64,000 nucleotides of DNA from an uncultured Acidobacteriota bacterium (GCA_963811425.1 CAWERV010000002.1:1825-65824); one strand, 5' to 3'. Counted from the first letter of the stretch, positions 49,694 through 59,661 are shown. Notes: generated by a model from the letters alone, not told the origin. Program-made: numbers and translations.

Positions 49694-50862
49694 TCGACGG
49701 GCCCAGTGTCTTCGGGCATCGACCTCGGCTCGTCGCGACGTTCTTCATGGTCGCCACGTCGCTTCTCGGCCAGGCGGCCAGCACTCCGGCCGACGGCCAG
49801 GCCGACCTCGCGCGCCTGCAGGGCCGCATCGGATCCCTCAAGGCCAAGCTCGCCGAGAGCGAGAAGAAGGAAGCCACGCTCGCCGAGGAGCTCCAGCGGC
49901 TCGAGCTGCGCCTGGAGATCGCGACGCGCGAAGGTGAGCTCATCGCCCGAACCCGGGAAGACTTCGCGAGCCGGCTCGCGGTGGTGTCGCGCGAGAGGGC
50001 CGAGGCGGCCGACTCGTCGGCCCGATCCCGCCAGGGCCTGCTCGCGCGTGCGCGCCTGCTCCAGCGGTTCGGGCGATTCGGATACTTCCGCGTCCTGCTC
50101 GAGGCGAAGGACCTTCCCGCGCTGCTCGACTCGATCGAGCGCCTCGACAGCCTCGCACGTCGTGACGGGAAGCTCCTGCGGCAGTACCGCGACGCCGAAT
50201 TGCGTCTCGAGGCGGATGTCGTCCGCGAGCAGGCGCTCAAGGTCGAGATCGATCGGCTCTATGCGCGCAGTCGCCAGGAGGAGGCGCGGGTCGCGTCCCT
50301 GAAGGTCGAGCGGGAGAGGCTGCTCGCCCGAGAACAGAGCGCCTCCGCGTCGCGCCGGCGCGAAGTCTCCGCGCTCACGGACAAGGTCACACGGCTCGAG
50401 CGGCTCCTCGAAACGCTCGCACGCCAGTCCGACGCGGAGGAACCGGTGGGCGCCTCGGGCGGGCTGCGCCCGTGGAAAGGCGTGCTCGACTGGCCCGCGC
50501 GCGGCACGATCATCGAGACCTTCGGCCGCCACCGCCATCCGAAGTTCGACACATGGACCGTATCGAACGGGGTGGCCGTCGCCGTGCCGCTCGGAACGCC
50601 CGTGCATGCCGTCTATGCGGGCAAGACCGTCTACGCACAGTGGCTCAACGAGTACGGCAACCTGGTGATTCTGGATCACGGCGACGGCATGCTGACCCTC
50701 TATGCCTGGCTCCAGGCCGTTCTGGTCAAGCCGGGGATGCCGGTCGCGGTCGGTACCGAGATCGGCCTCGCCGGCTACGGCCCCGGCCGGGAGGAGGTGG
50801 GTGTGTACTTCGAGGTCCGAGACCATCAGAAAGCCACCGACCCGGTGGCATGGCTGCGCTAG
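49690..50862 (+). CDS. EnvC-like murein hydrolase activator (coiled coil plus degenerate LytM/M23 domain)
   Basis: 390-aa track ORF. The GTG start overlaps the upstream stop (GTGA). A long coiled coil (LARLQGRIGSLKAKLAESEKKEATLAEELQRLELRLE...) precedes an M23-like C-terminus (GTPVHAVYAGKTVYAQWLNEYGNLVILDHGDGMLTLYAWL) that lacks the HxxxD and HxH metal ligands by eye. Confidence 0.8.
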   Translation: MIDGPSVFGHRPRLVATFFMVATSLLGQAASTPADGQADLARLQGRIGSLKAKLAESEKKEATLAEELQRLELRLEIATREGELIARTREDFASRLAVVSRERAEAADSSARSRQGLLARARLLQRFGRFGYFRVLLEAKDLPALLDSIERLDSLARRDGKLLRQYRDAELRLEADVVREQALKVEIDRLYARSRQEEARVASLKVERERLLAREQSASASRRREVSALTDKVTRLERLLETLARQSDAEEPVGASGGLRPWKGVLDWPARGTIIETFGRHRHPKFDTWTVSNGVAVAVPLGTPVHAVYAGKTVYAQWLNEYGNLVILDHGDGMLTLYAWLQAVLVKPGMPVAVGTEIGLAGYGPGREEVGVYFEVRDHQKATDPVAWLR

Positions 50863-50968
50863 AGCGGGCGACGAGCGGCGATCTGGAAGTCCTTGAGCCG
50901 TAACTCGTAACCGGCGGCTGGAAACCCGGAACGAATCCCGCGTTGGCGTTGTTCTCCGGTCTGCTAGC

Positions 50969-52144
50969 ATGAGAACTTCAATGCCCTCCAATCGCACGCG
51001 CATCGGCTTTGTCATCGTCTCGATCTGTGCCCTGGCGTCGCTTCGCGCGATGACCGGACCGGAGGGTTCGGGTCGCGATCCGGCGACCCAGGCGCTCTCG
51101 ATCTTCTCCGAGGTGTTTTCGCTGACCCGAAGCAACTATGTCGAGCCGACGGATCCGAAGGCCCTCCTCGAAGGCGCCTATGACGGGATGTCGGATGCCC
51201 TGGATCCGTATTCCTTTTACGTTCCCGCCGCTTCGGTCGCAGCGTACAAGGCCCAGGAGGCGGCCGGAGCCGCCAATCCGGGCATCGTCTTCGCCCGGCG
51301 CGGAGGCTATCCGTACGTCGTCGGCCCGCTGCCGGGCTCGCCCGCGGAGAAGGCGGGAGTCAAGCCGGGCGACCTGATCGATTCGGTGGACGGAAAGACG
51401 CTGCGCAATGCGCCCGTGTGGAAGGTTGCGGCGGCGCTGGCCGGGCCCGAGGGATCCTCGTGCGAGCTGAGCGTCTTCCGGGGCGGTGACGAGAAACACA
51501 TCGTGATTCCGGTGACGCGGGCGCGCTTCGAGGCGCCACCGCCCTCGACGAAATGGGAGCGGGACGTGGCGATTCTGAGCATCCCGACGTTCACGCCCGC
51601 GGCCGTGGCAGCCGTGCGCAAGGAGATCGAGGAGGCCAACCGCCGCTCGATCACGAATCTCGTCATCGATCTGCGGGGGTCGATCGGCGGCGCCGTCGCC
51701 GACGCGGCACCCGTGGCGGCGCTGTTCGTCAGCAAGGGCCCCATCGCAACGGTGGTCTCCCGCAAGGCGGCAGCCAGGCCCCTCGAGGCGCCGGGCGATC
51801 CGGTCTGGAAGGGGCGCATCGTACTCCTCATTGATGACGCGACGGCGGGAGCCGCCGAAGTGTTTGCGGCCGCGCTGCGCGACCGCGCCGGCGCGACGAC
51901 GGTCGGCGAGACGACGGCCGGGATGGCGATCATTCAGAAGAGCGTTCCCACGACCGAGGGCGGCATCCTGTTCATGACGGTCGGGCGCTACGTGGCGCCT
52001 TCGGGACAGGTGCTGGGGGGCAAGGGCATGACGCCGGCCGAGAGGGTGCTGGTCTTCCCCGGGGAAGGCGGCGGCCGCGACCTCATTCTCGAGCGAGGCC
52101 TCGAGCTGGTCCGGTCGGACAAGGCGGCGCGCCAGGCGGCGTAG
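50969..52144 (+). CDS. S41 (C-terminal processing peptidase, Ctp/Prc) family homologue with PDZ domain; catalytic dyad apparently substituted
   Basis: 391-aa track ORF. PDZ (GSPAEKAGVKPGDLIDSVDG). S41 core (LVIDLRGSIGG ... IVLLIDDATAGAAEVFAAALRD ... VGETTAGMAIIQ). The canonical GSASASE and TFGKG positions read ATAGAAE and TAGMA here. Confidence 0.8.
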   Translation: MRTSMPSNRTRIGFVIVSICALASLRAMTGPEGSGRDPATQALSIFSEVFSLTRSNYVEPTDPKALLEGAYDGMSDALDPYSFYVPAASVAAYKAQEAAGAANPGIVFARRGGYPYVVGPLPGSPAEKAGVKPGDLIDSVDGKTLRNAPVWKVAAALAGPEGSSCELSVFRGGDEKHIVIPVTRARFEAPPPSTKWERDVAILSIPTFTPAAVAAVRKEIEEANRRSITNLVIDLRGSIGGAVADAAPVAALFVSKGPIATVVSRKAAARPLEAPGDPVWKGRIVLLIDDATAGAAEVFAAALRDRAGATTVGETTAGMAIIQKSVPTTEGGILFMTVGRYVAPSGQVLGGKGMTPAERVLVFPGEGGGRDLILERGLELVRSDKAARQAA

Positions 52145-52166
52145 GCGTGCCGGCGACCCGGACTCC

Positions 52167-53054
52167 TTGAACCGGCAAGGCCGGCGGCTCTCCTCCGCGA
52201 CGGCCTTCTTTGCCCTTCTCTCCCTCGCGCTGGCCGTCGCCCTCTACCTCAAATCCTGCCCGCGGCCCCCGTCTCCTCCTCCGCCGAGAGTTGAGCCCTC
52301 GCCGCGGCCTCGTGTGCGCACGGCGTCGCCCTCCCCGCGGCCGACCCGTGTCCCTGTGCGGGCGAACGCGCCCGGCCCGACAGGGGATGGTGTGCCCCGC
52401 GTCGCCATCGTCATCGACGACCTCGGCAACGAGCTCGCCCCTGCCGAGCGGATCGCGCAGTGGCGGGAACCGGTGGCGGGTGCGGTCCTGCCGCAGGTCC
52501 GCTGGAGCACGGCATCGGCCCTCGCGCTCTCGCGGGGCGGCAAGGAAATCCTCCTTCACCTTCCGATGGAGCCGGAGGGCTACCCGCGCGTGCGCCCCGG
52601 TCCCGGGCTGATCCTCCGCTCTCAGGACGAGGCGGAGATCGATCGCCTCCTCGAGAGCGATCTCGCGTCGGTGCCGGGTGCGGTCGGCGTCAACAATCAC
52701 ATGGGATCGGCGGCGACTGCGGACACGCGCGTGATGCGTGCCGTCGTCGCGGAGCTTTCGCGCCGCGGGCTCTTCCTGCTCGACAGCCGGACGACGGACG
52801 CGACGGTGGCCGAGAAGACGGCGGAGGCCGCCTCGGTTCCGACGGTATCGCGTCGGGTCTTTCTGGACGACGTGGCTACGGAAGCGGGCGTCGAGGCCCA
52901 GATCTCCGAGCTCATCCGACTGGCGCGGCAGGAGCAGAGCGCGGTGGCGATCGGGCACCCCTATCCATCGACGCTCGCCGTGCTGGAGAGGGAGCTGCCG
53001 AGGTTGGCGCAGCGGGGGGTGCGACTGGTGAAGGTGAGCGAGCTCGCTCACTAG
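52167..53054 (+). CDS. divergent polysaccharide deacetylase family protein (YibQ-like)
   Basis: 295-aa track ORF with a TTG start and an N-terminal TM anchor. VAIVIDDLGN, LLHLPMEP, GVNNHMGS, FLDSRTT, AIGHPYPST. Confidence 0.85.
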   Translation: MNRQGRRLSSATAFFALLSLALAVALYLKSCPRPPSPPPPRVEPSPRPRVRTASPSPRPTRVPVRANAPGPTGDGVPRVAIVIDDLGNELAPAERIAQWREPVAGAVLPQVRWSTASALALSRGGKEILLHLPMEPEGYPRVRPGPGLILRSQDEAEIDRLLESDLASVPGAVGVNNHMGSAATADTRVMRAVVAELSRRGLFLLDSRTTDATVAEKTAEAASVPTVSRRVFLDDVATEAGVEAQISELIRLARQEQSAVAIGHPYPSTLAVLERELPRLAQRGVRLVKVSELAH

Positions 53055-53059
53055 AGATG

Positions 53060-53086
53060 CGGGATACGGGATACGGGATACGGATG
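53060..53086. repeat. heptamer microsatellite (CGGGATA)x3 plus a partial unit, flanked by a 6-bp inverted repeat
   Basis: CGGGATA CGGGATA CGGGATA CGGATG, between GAGATG and CATCTC. It lies between the convergent yibQ-like and mazG genes. Confidence 0.9.
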
Positions 53087-53112
53087 CGACATCTCGCGTC
53101 CCGCGTGCCGCA

Positions 53113-53874
53113 TCACTCCTTCTTCGCCTCCTCCCAGAATTCGTCCAGCTCCCCCATCGGCACCTCGGATACGTCGCGGCCGCTTTCTTTCGCCCGGCGC
53201 GCGACAGCGGCGAAGCGCTCGCGAAAGCGGCGGTTGGCCTGCCGCAGCGCGCTCTCGGGGTCGACCTTCCGGCGGCGCGCGAGGTTGACCGCGGACAGGA
53301 GAAGATCGCCGAGCTCGTGCTCCTCGGCCTTCCGGTCGCCCCGGCCCTCCGCTTCGCGCCATTCGGAAAGCTCCTCCTCGATCTTGGCCGCGACGTCGGC
53401 ATCCCTCTCCCAGTCGAAACCAAGGTCGGCGGCCCGAAGTGTCTGGCGGTAGGCCGTGGAGAGCGCGGGCAGCGCCGCGGGCAGCGTCCCGAGCGGGTCC
53501 TCGCTGGCGCCCGGTTGCCGCCTCTTGCGCCGCTCCCAGGCATTCTTGACGTCCTCGGCGCTCTTCGCCGCGGTCTCCCCGAACACGTGCGGATGGCGGT
53601 CGATCATCTTGGCCGTGATGCGCGCCGCGACGGCGTCGACTCCGAACCAGCCGCGCTCCTCGGCGAGCACGGCGAGGAAGAAGACCTGGAACAGCAGATC
53701 TCCGAGCTCGTCGCGGAGGGGTTCCGGGCGACCTTCGTCGATTGCCGCCAGAGTTTCGTACGTCTCCTCGAGCAGGTACGTCCTCAGGGTCTCGAAGGAT
53801 TGCTCGCGATCCCAGGGGCATTCGCGGCGCAGCCGCGCGACGAGTGCGGCGAGGCGGTCGAGCGCATCGGACAC
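53113..53874 (-). CDS. mazG: nucleoside triphosphate pyrophosphohydrolase MazG
   Basis: Track ORF 53113..53937, with start set at GTG 53874 (SDALDRLAALVARLRRECPWDREQ); ATG 53937 is the alternative. Tandem MazG repeats with EETYE and EELGDLL-type motifs (LLEETYETL, DELGDLLFQV, EEELSEW, HELGDLLLSAV). Confidence 0.9.
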   Translation of the reverse strand: MSDALDRLAALVARLRRECPWDREQSFETLRTYLLEETYETLAAIDEGRPEPLRDELGDLLFQVFFLAVLAEERGWFGVDAVAARITAKMIDRHPHVFGETAAKSAEDVKNAWERRKRRQPGASEDPLGTLPAALPALSTAYRQTLRAADLGFDWERDADVAAKIEEELSEWREAEGRGDRKAEEHELGDLLLSAVNLARRRKVDPESALRQANRRFRERFAAVARRAKESGRDVSEVPMGELDEFWEEAKKE

Positions 53875-53939
53875 GGGCGGATGATATCCGCTCGGCACCT
53901 CACACCATTTCCAGCAGCCTGCTAGACTTCCATCCAAAC

Positions 53940-54398
53940 GTGAGCGAAGAGGATAAGCCGATCCGCGTCGTCGACCGCCGGATGTTCACATCCGACGGGG
54001 AGCTGCGCCCCGGCATCGAGACCGAGGACACGCCCGAGCCGGCGAAGGCCGCCGCCGCGCCGCCCCCGCCTCCAGCCGGAGGTCCGGCCCCCGCCGCGGG
54101 CGCGAGCGAACGGAGCGCCGAGAGCTCGCCGGCGTTCCTGTCGCTCATCAGCTTCCTTGCCTCCAACGTGTATGCGGCCCTCGGCGTGGACCCGATGACG
54201 GGCAAGGCCCTGGGCCGCCGAGATCCCGCGGCCGCCAAGCAGATGATCGACTGGCTCGCCGTGCTCGAGCAGAAGTGCCGCGGCGCTCTGAGCTTCGAGG
54301 AGACGGACCTGCTCTCGCGCGCGCTCTACGAATTGCGAATGGCGTACGTGGAGGCCGTGCACCCGCCCGGCCCCGAACCGCCGCGCCAGGGCAGGTAG
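53940..54398 (+). CDS. DUF1844 domain protein
   Basis: Track ORF 53742..54398, with start at GTG 53940 (SEEDKPIRVVDRRMF). FLSLISFLASNVYAALG...AAAKQMIDWLAVLEQKCRGALSFEETDLLSRALYELRMAYVE matches the DUF1844 pattern. Confidence 0.75.
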   Translation: MSEEDKPIRVVDRRMFTSDGELRPGIETEDTPEPAKAAAAPPPPPAGGPAPAAGASERSAESSPAFLSLISFLASNVYAALGVDPMTGKALGRRDPAAAKQMIDWLAVLEQKCRGALSFEETDLLSRALYELRMAYVEAVHPPGPEPPRQGR

Positions 54399-54408
54399 CG
54401 GCCGGCCG

Positions 54409-56331
54409 ATGGACTCGCGAACCGGCGCCAGGCGAGCCCCGGGGCCCGCCTGCATCCTGCCCTTCGCCCCTTTCCTGCTGGCGGTGCTTCTCGCGCTCGC
54501 CGCGCCGCCCGCCCGGGCCCAGGATGCCCTGACGCCGCTCCCGCCCCCCGTCACCCGCGGCCTCTACCGGTCGCACTGGTTCGAGTTCCTCTCGGCGTTC
54601 TCGGAGAACGACACCGGGACCGCCGGCAAGGCCCTCGAAGCCATGCTACGGGACGCGCGAAAGGTCGGCGTGCGCCGCCTCTCGGACTTCTCGCGCACCG
54701 CCGTATTTCTCGGCCGACGGGCCGAAAAGCTCGGCCAGCCGGAGCGGGCTGCCCGCGCGTACGAGGCTGCGCTGCGGCTGGACGACGCGAATCCCGACGC
54801 CGTGCTGGCGCAGTGGTCCTTCCTGCTGAGGCGAGGCCGCGTGATGGAGGCGCTGCGGGCGATTCCGGCTACGCTGACAGGCCTGTTCGCCTCGCACGAG
54901 GCACGGGTGGCCATCTTCTCCTCCGTCGGACTGTGGGCGGCGGCCGCCGCTGCCGCGACGCTCTTCGCCTCGATCCTGGCCCTGGCGCTGCACCACGGGC
55001 CGCGGGTGGTCCACGACCTGTGGGAGACCGCGCGGCGTTCGCTGGGGCCGGGCGCGGTTCTGCCGCTCGCACTCATCGTCGCCGGTCTGCCGCTCTTTGC
55101 GGGCTTCGGGCCGGGTTGGATCGTCCTCTACTGGGGAGCCTTTCTCTGGGCGTACGCGGGCGAGCGGGAACGTCCGGTTCTCGTTTGCGGGTTCCTTGCG
55201 CTCGCTCTGGTCGCCCCGCTCTTCGCCTGGATCACGACCGAAAACGTTCAGCAGCGGTCGCCTCTTTTCGTCGCCGCGATCGATCTCGACGAGCGCCGCG
55301 AGGACGCCAGCGCCGAGGACGGCCTGCGGCAGGCCTCGACGGTCTTTCCGGAGGACTCCGACGTCTGGTTTCTTCTCGGGATTTATGCGGAGCGGGCGGG
55401 AGACCTCGAACGGGCCCAGTCCGACTACGGGCGGGCCGCTCTGGCGGCTCCGAACGACTACCGACCCGTGTTGAACCGCGGGAACGTGCATTTCACCGAG
55501 GGCGACTATGGCGAGGCGATTCGCGATTACACCGAGGCGGGCAAGCGGGCGCCGGGCTCGGCCGACGTGTACTACAACCTTTCGCTGGCGCGCGGCGAGG
55601 CCTATGACTTCGACGGCCAGGCGCAGGCGCTCGCCAGAGCCCGCGAGATCTCCTCCTCCCAGGTCACCGCGTGGTCGAATGCCCCGCGGCTCTCGCGGGT
55701 CGTCCCGGTGGGCTTCCCCGTCCGTCGCGCCCGCGCCCGGATCGGCGAGTGGAACACCCAGTTGAAGAGCCGCCGCCTTCCGGGCCATGGCGCGTCGGCC
55801 AGCGTGTGGCGGGCGCTGATCTCGCCCTTTGCGGCCGCGCCCCTGGCAGCGCTCGGGCTCGGGCTTCTCCTGGCGCGCCTGCGGCGGCGCCGGGGGCTGG
55901 CCTCCGTGTGCGAGCGCTGCGGCCGCGCATTTTGCAACCGATGTCGGCGCTACGGTGATCCCGCGATCTATTGCGCGACGTGCTCCAGGACGTACCTGCG
56001 CAAGGAAAGCGCCGACATCGAGGTCCAGGTTGCGGAGGCGAACGCGATGCAGCGCCGGGTCGCCTGGAGGGCCCGCGGGAGCCGGATCGCGTCGCTCCTG
56101 CTGCCCGGCTCGCACGCCTTTCTCGAGGAGCGGCCGGTCGCGGGAGCGATGACGCTCTTCCTGTTCTTCTTCGGCGTGGCCGCGGCGGTGATCGACGAAA
56201 GGCTCTTCGATCCTCTGACCCTGTCGCCGCCCGGCCGGTTCCGGGCGACGGTCGTCGTCGGAGGGCTCTTCGCCCTCGCGGTGTGGGTGCGAGCGCAGCT
56301 GGTCGGAAGGAGGGTTCCCGGTGGGTCTTGA
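54409..56331 (+). CDS. TPR-repeat polytopic membrane protein with cytoplasmic Cys-rich zinc-ribbon-like segment
   Basis: 640-aa track ORF with a signal/TM N-terminus, TPR-like segments (ERAARAYEAALRLDDANPDAV; WFLLGIYAERAGDLERAQSDYGRAALAAPNDYRPVLNRGNVHFTEGDYGEAIRDYTEA), several TM helices, and CERCGRAFCNRCRRYGDPAIYCATC. Confidence 0.7.
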   Translation: MDSRTGARRAPGPACILPFAPFLLAVLLALAAPPARAQDALTPLPPPVTRGLYRSHWFEFLSAFSENDTGTAGKALEAMLRDARKVGVRRLSDFSRTAVFLGRRAEKLGQPERAARAYEAALRLDDANPDAVLAQWSFLLRRGRVMEALRAIPATLTGLFASHEARVAIFSSVGLWAAAAAAATLFASILALALHHGPRVVHDLWETARRSLGPGAVLPLALIVAGLPLFAGFGPGWIVLYWGAFLWAYAGERERPVLVCGFLALALVAPLFAWITTENVQQRSPLFVAAIDLDERREDASAEDGLRQASTVFPEDSDVWFLLGIYAERAGDLERAQSDYGRAALAAPNDYRPVLNRGNVHFTEGDYGEAIRDYTEAGKRAPGSADVYYNLSLARGEAYDFDGQAQALARAREISSSQVTAWSNAPRLSRVVPVGFPVRRARARIGEWNTQLKSRRLPGHGASASVWRALISPFAAAPLAALGLGLLLARLRRRRGLASVCERCGRAFCNRCRRYGDPAIYCATCSRTYLRKESADIEVQVAEANAMQRRVAWRARGSRIASLLLPGSHAFLEERPVAGAMTLFLFFFGVAAAVIDERLFDPLTLSPPGRFRATVVVGGLFALAVWVRAQLVGRRVPGGS

Positions 56332-57592
56332 GGGGACGCTCAAGGTCTTCTCCCTGACCGAGATCTTTCAGATGCTCGGGTTGCAGCGAAAGACCGGAAT
56401 CCTGAGTGTCGAGGGAGAAAGCGACTCGATCACCATCTCCTTCCAGAACGGCCAGGTCGTGGCGGCGGAATCACGCTCGCATCGGCTCGAGAATCGCCTG
56501 GGCAACCTGCTTCTGCGCGCCGGCTCCGTGACGCAGGAGCAGCTCGACCGCATTCTGGCTCTCCAGAAACAGACCCACGAGCGCATGGGCGCCCTGCTCG
56601 TTCACGAGGGGTTGGTCGATGCCGAGGATCTCCGGGACGCCGTCCGCCTCCAGATCTCGCGCATCGTGTACTCGGCATTTCGCTGGCCGGACGGGCGGTT
56701 CCACTTCACCCAGGAGGGGAGGGTCGACTACGACCGGGAGCACGTGGCGCCGGTCGCGACGGAAACCGTCCTGATGGAAGCGGCGCAAATCGTCGACGAG
56801 TGGCCCCTCTTCGAGAAGAAGGTGGGTTCGCTCTCCGCGGTGTACCGTCGCGCGGCCGGGGTGGAGGAGCTCAAGCTGGTCACCGGGGAGAAGAACGCTC
56901 CCGAGGGAACGCTCTCGGTGTCGAAATCGGAAGCCGGGACCTGGCGCTGGATCGATGGAAAACGCACCATCGCCGACATCATGGAGCGTGCCTTTCTGTC
57001 GGACTTCGAGGTCCTGAAGGGCACGGTCGATCTGCTGTCCCGCAACCTGATCGAGCTCCGCCCCGTCGAAGCGGAGTCGGAACCCCAGCCGGTCCCCGAG
57101 CCGGTGGCCGGACCGGTGGATGCCGCGCCCTCCGGGCGATCGATGGTGCTCTGGATCCCGCTCGTGCTGTTGGCGGCGTTCGGCGTCTTCCTGCTTCCGA
57201 GAAATCCGGCCAACGTGATGCTGAGGCCGGCAGGGGAAATGCCGGAAACGGCAGAGCTGCTCAAAGCGGTGTCGCTCAATCGGGCCGTGGCGGTCGAGCG
57301 TGCGATCCGGATCTACTACGACGCCAGCGGCAGGTATCCGAAGAGCCTCGAGGACCTGGTGGTGGCCGGAATTCTGGAGGAGGATGAGCTTCGCGATCCG
57401 TATGGCCGCTTCTACCGCTACATCCTTCGAGCCGAGGACGGCAAGTTCGGCCTCTACGGACGGAACTACCAGGGCCAGATCGACCTGGATCTCTCGCTCG
57501 AGCGCAGCCTCGCGCCGGTCTCCGAGCTGAGGCCGGCGCCCTCGCGCCCCGCCCAGCAGAACGAACGGCCGAGCGTTCTCGTCGTGGAGTAG
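56321..57592 (+). CDS. DUF4388 (PATAN-like) domain protein with GspE-N/MshEN-like repeat
   Basis: 423-aa track ORF. The GTG start overlaps the upstream gene by 11 nt. GTLKVFSLTEIFQMLGLQRKTGILSV (DUF4388). LGNLLLRAGSVTQEQLDRILALQKQTHERMGALLVHEGLV (MshEN-like). One TM helix near aa 275-295. Confidence 0.75.
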   Translation: MGLEGTLKVFSLTEIFQMLGLQRKTGILSVEGESDSITISFQNGQVVAAESRSHRLENRLGNLLLRAGSVTQEQLDRILALQKQTHERMGALLVHEGLVDAEDLRDAVRLQISRIVYSAFRWPDGRFHFTQEGRVDYDREHVAPVATETVLMEAAQIVDEWPLFEKKVGSLSAVYRRAAGVEELKLVTGEKNAPEGTLSVSKSEAGTWRWIDGKRTIADIMERAFLSDFEVLKGTVDLLSRNLIELRPVEAESEPQPVPEPVAGPVDAAPSGRSMVLWIPLVLLAAFGVFLLPRNPANVMLRPAGEMPETAELLKAVSLNRAVAVERAIRIYYDASGRYPKSLEDLVVAGILEEDELRDPYGRFYRYILRAEDGKFGLYGRNYQGQIDLDLSLERSLAPVSELRPAPSRPAQQNERPSVLVVE

Positions 57593-57606
57593 CCAGGGAG
57601 GAGCTC

Positions 57607-57700
57607 TTGGTAAAGGGCTTGGTGTTGGCTAATATCTGAGTCTATGACACTTAGATCACGACATATTTGAGTTGACAATATAACGCTCATATCTTACGAT
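57607..57700 (+). promoter_or_regulatory. dnaK upstream region: two sigma70-type promoter candidates and a HAIR-like dyad
   Basis: P1 is TTGGTA (57607-12)-N17-TAATAT (57630-35). The dyad is ATCTGAGT (57634-41)-N7-ACTTAGAT (57649-56), 7 of 8 symmetric. P2 is TTGACA (57672-77)-N17-TACGAT (57695-700). The region is visibly AT-richer than its flanks. GGAGGA RBS precedes ATG 57736. Confidence 0.5.
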
Positions 57701-57735
57701 CCTCAACCTGAATAGGGTTTAGGAGGAAAGTTTTC

Positions 57736-59640
57736 ATGAGCAAGATCATCGGCATCGACCTCGGCACGACGAACTCCTGTGTCGCCGTGATGGAGGCCGG
57801 AGATCCGGTCGTCATTCCAAACGCCGAGGGCAACAGAACGACGCCTTCGGTCGTCGCGTTTTCCAAGTCGGGCGAGCGTCTAGTCGGTCAGGTGGCAAAG
57901 CGCCAGTCCATCACCAATCCCGCCAACACGGTCTACTCGATCAAGCGTTTCATGGGGCGCAAGTACCCGGAGGTCACCGAGGAGATGAAGATGGTTCCCT
58001 TCGCCGTCGTGGCGTCGGGAAACGGCGACTGCCGCGTCAAGGCCGGCGGCAAGGAGTGGTCGCCGCCCGAGATCTCCGCGATGATCCTCGGCAAGCTCAA
58101 GGAGGCGGCCGAAGCGTATCTCGGTGAGAAGGTCACCCGGGCGGTCATCACCGTGCCCGCGTACTTCAACGATTCGCAGCGGCAGGCGACCAAGGACGCC
58201 GGCCAGATCGCCGGGCTGACCGTCGAGCGGCTCGTCAACGAGCCGACCGCAGCGGCGCTCGCGTACGGCCTCGACAAGAAGAAGGACGAGACCATCGCCG
58301 TGTTCGACTTTGGCGGAGGCACCTTCGACATCTCGATCCTCGAGGTCGGGGAGGGAGTGGTCGAGGTCAAGTCCACCAACGGCGACACGCACCTCGGGGG
58401 CGACGACATCGACCAGCGCATCATCGACTGGATCCTGGCGGAGTTCAAGAAGGACCAGGGCGTGGACCTCTCGAAGGACGCGATGGCGATGCAGCGTCTG
58501 AAGGAGGCCGCGGAGAAGGCCAAGATCGAGCTCTCGAACGTCGTGGAGACCGAGATCAACCTGCCGTTCATCACGGCGGACGCATCGGGCCCGAAACACC
58601 TCCAGTTGAAGCTCAATCGATCCAAGCTCGAACAGCTCGTCGAGGACATCGTTCAGAAATCCATGGGCCCGTGCCGCCAGGCGCTCAAGGACGCGGGTCT
58701 GGAGCCGAAGGACATCGATGAGGTGGTTCTCGTGGGCGGCCAGACGCGCATGCCGCGCATTCAGCAGCTCGTCAAGGAGTACTTCGGCAAGGATCCGCAC
58801 CAGGGCGTCAACCCGGACGAGGTCGTCGCGGTCGGCGCCGCGATCCAGGGAGGCGTGCTCGCGGGAGACGTCAAGGACCTGCTCCTGCTCGACGTCACGC
58901 CTCTGTCGCTCGGCATCGAGACGCTCGGGGGAGTAACGACGCGGCTCATCGAGCGCAACACCACGATCCCCACCAAGAAGAGCGAGGTCTTCTCGACCGC
59001 GTCGGACAACCAGACCTCCGTCGAGATCAAAGTGCTCCAGGGCGAGCGCGAGATGGCCCGCGACAACAAGACGATCGGCGTCTTCCACCTCGTCGGGATC
59101 CCCTCGGCCCCGCGCGGTGTGCCGCAGGTCGAGGTGAGCTTCGACATCGACGCCAACGGAATCATGAACGTCTCGGCCAAGGACCTGGGAACAGGCAAGG
59201 AACAGAAGATCACGATCACGGCCTCATCGGGCCTGGCGAAGGACGAGATCGATCGGATGGTCACGGACGCCCAGGCGCATGCCGAGGAGGACCGCAAGCG
59301 CCGCGAGGAGATCGAGGCCAGAAACCGGCTCGACTCGCTGATCTACGCCTCGGACAAGACGTTCACGGAGAACAAGAGCAAGCTCGGGGCCTCGGACATC
59401 GCCAGCTTCGAGTCGGCGCTGGCCGACGCCAGGAAAGCCCTCGAGGCCGGCGGAACCGAGTCCATGAACGCCGCGGGCGAGAGCCTTCAGCAGGCCTCCC
59501 ACAAGCTCGCCGAGGCGATGTACAAGGGCGCCGCGCAGAGCGCTCCCCCCGCGGACGGCGCCGGATCCTCCTCCTCCGATGGTGCCGCCAAGGAGGATGA
59601 GGTCATCGACACGGAGTACGTGGACGCCGAGAAGAAATGA
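57736..59640 (+). CDS. dnaK: molecular chaperone DnaK (Hsp70)
   Basis: 634-aa track [25 protein letters not shown]-type motif ([13 protein letters not shown]), [10 protein letters not shown], and an acidic C-terminus. Confidence 0.98.
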   Translation: MSKIIGIDLGTTNSCVAVMEAGDPVVIPNAEGNRTTPSVVAFSKSGERLVGQVAKRQSITNPANTVYSIKRFMGRKYPEVTEEMKMVPFAVVASGNGDCRVKAGGKEWSPPEISAMILGKLKEAAEAYLGEKVTRAVITVPAYFNDSQRQATKDAGQIAGLTVERLVNEPTAAALAYGLDKKKDETIAVFDFGGGTFDISILEVGEGVVEVKSTNGDTHLGGDDIDQRIIDWILAEFKKDQGVDLSKDAMAMQRLKEAAEKAKIELSNVVETEINLPFITADASGPKHLQLKLNRSKLEQLVEDIVQKSMGPCRQALKDAGLEPKDIDEVVLVGGQTRMPRIQQLVKEYFGKDPHQGVNPDEVVAVGAAIQGGVLAGDVKDLLLLDVTPLSLGIETLGGVTTRLIERNTTIPTKKSEVFSTASDNQTSVEIKVLQGEREMARDNKTIGVFHLVGIPSAPRGVPQVEVSFDIDANGIMNVSAKDLGTGKEQKITITASSGLAKDEIDRMVTDAQAHAEEDRKRREEIEARNRLDSLIYASDKTFTENKSKLGASDIASFESALADARKALEAGGTESMNAAGESLQQASHKLAEAMYKGAAQSAPPADGAGSSSSDGAAKEDEVIDTEYVDAEKK

Positions 59641-59661
59641 CGGCGCCCCCGCACGCGCGCC

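Noticed and set aside
57600-57735. CIRCE (HrcA) operator upstream of dnaK
   Set aside because: I looked for TTAGCACTC-N9-GAGTGCTAA and found nothing resembling it. Only the HAIR-like dyad is present.
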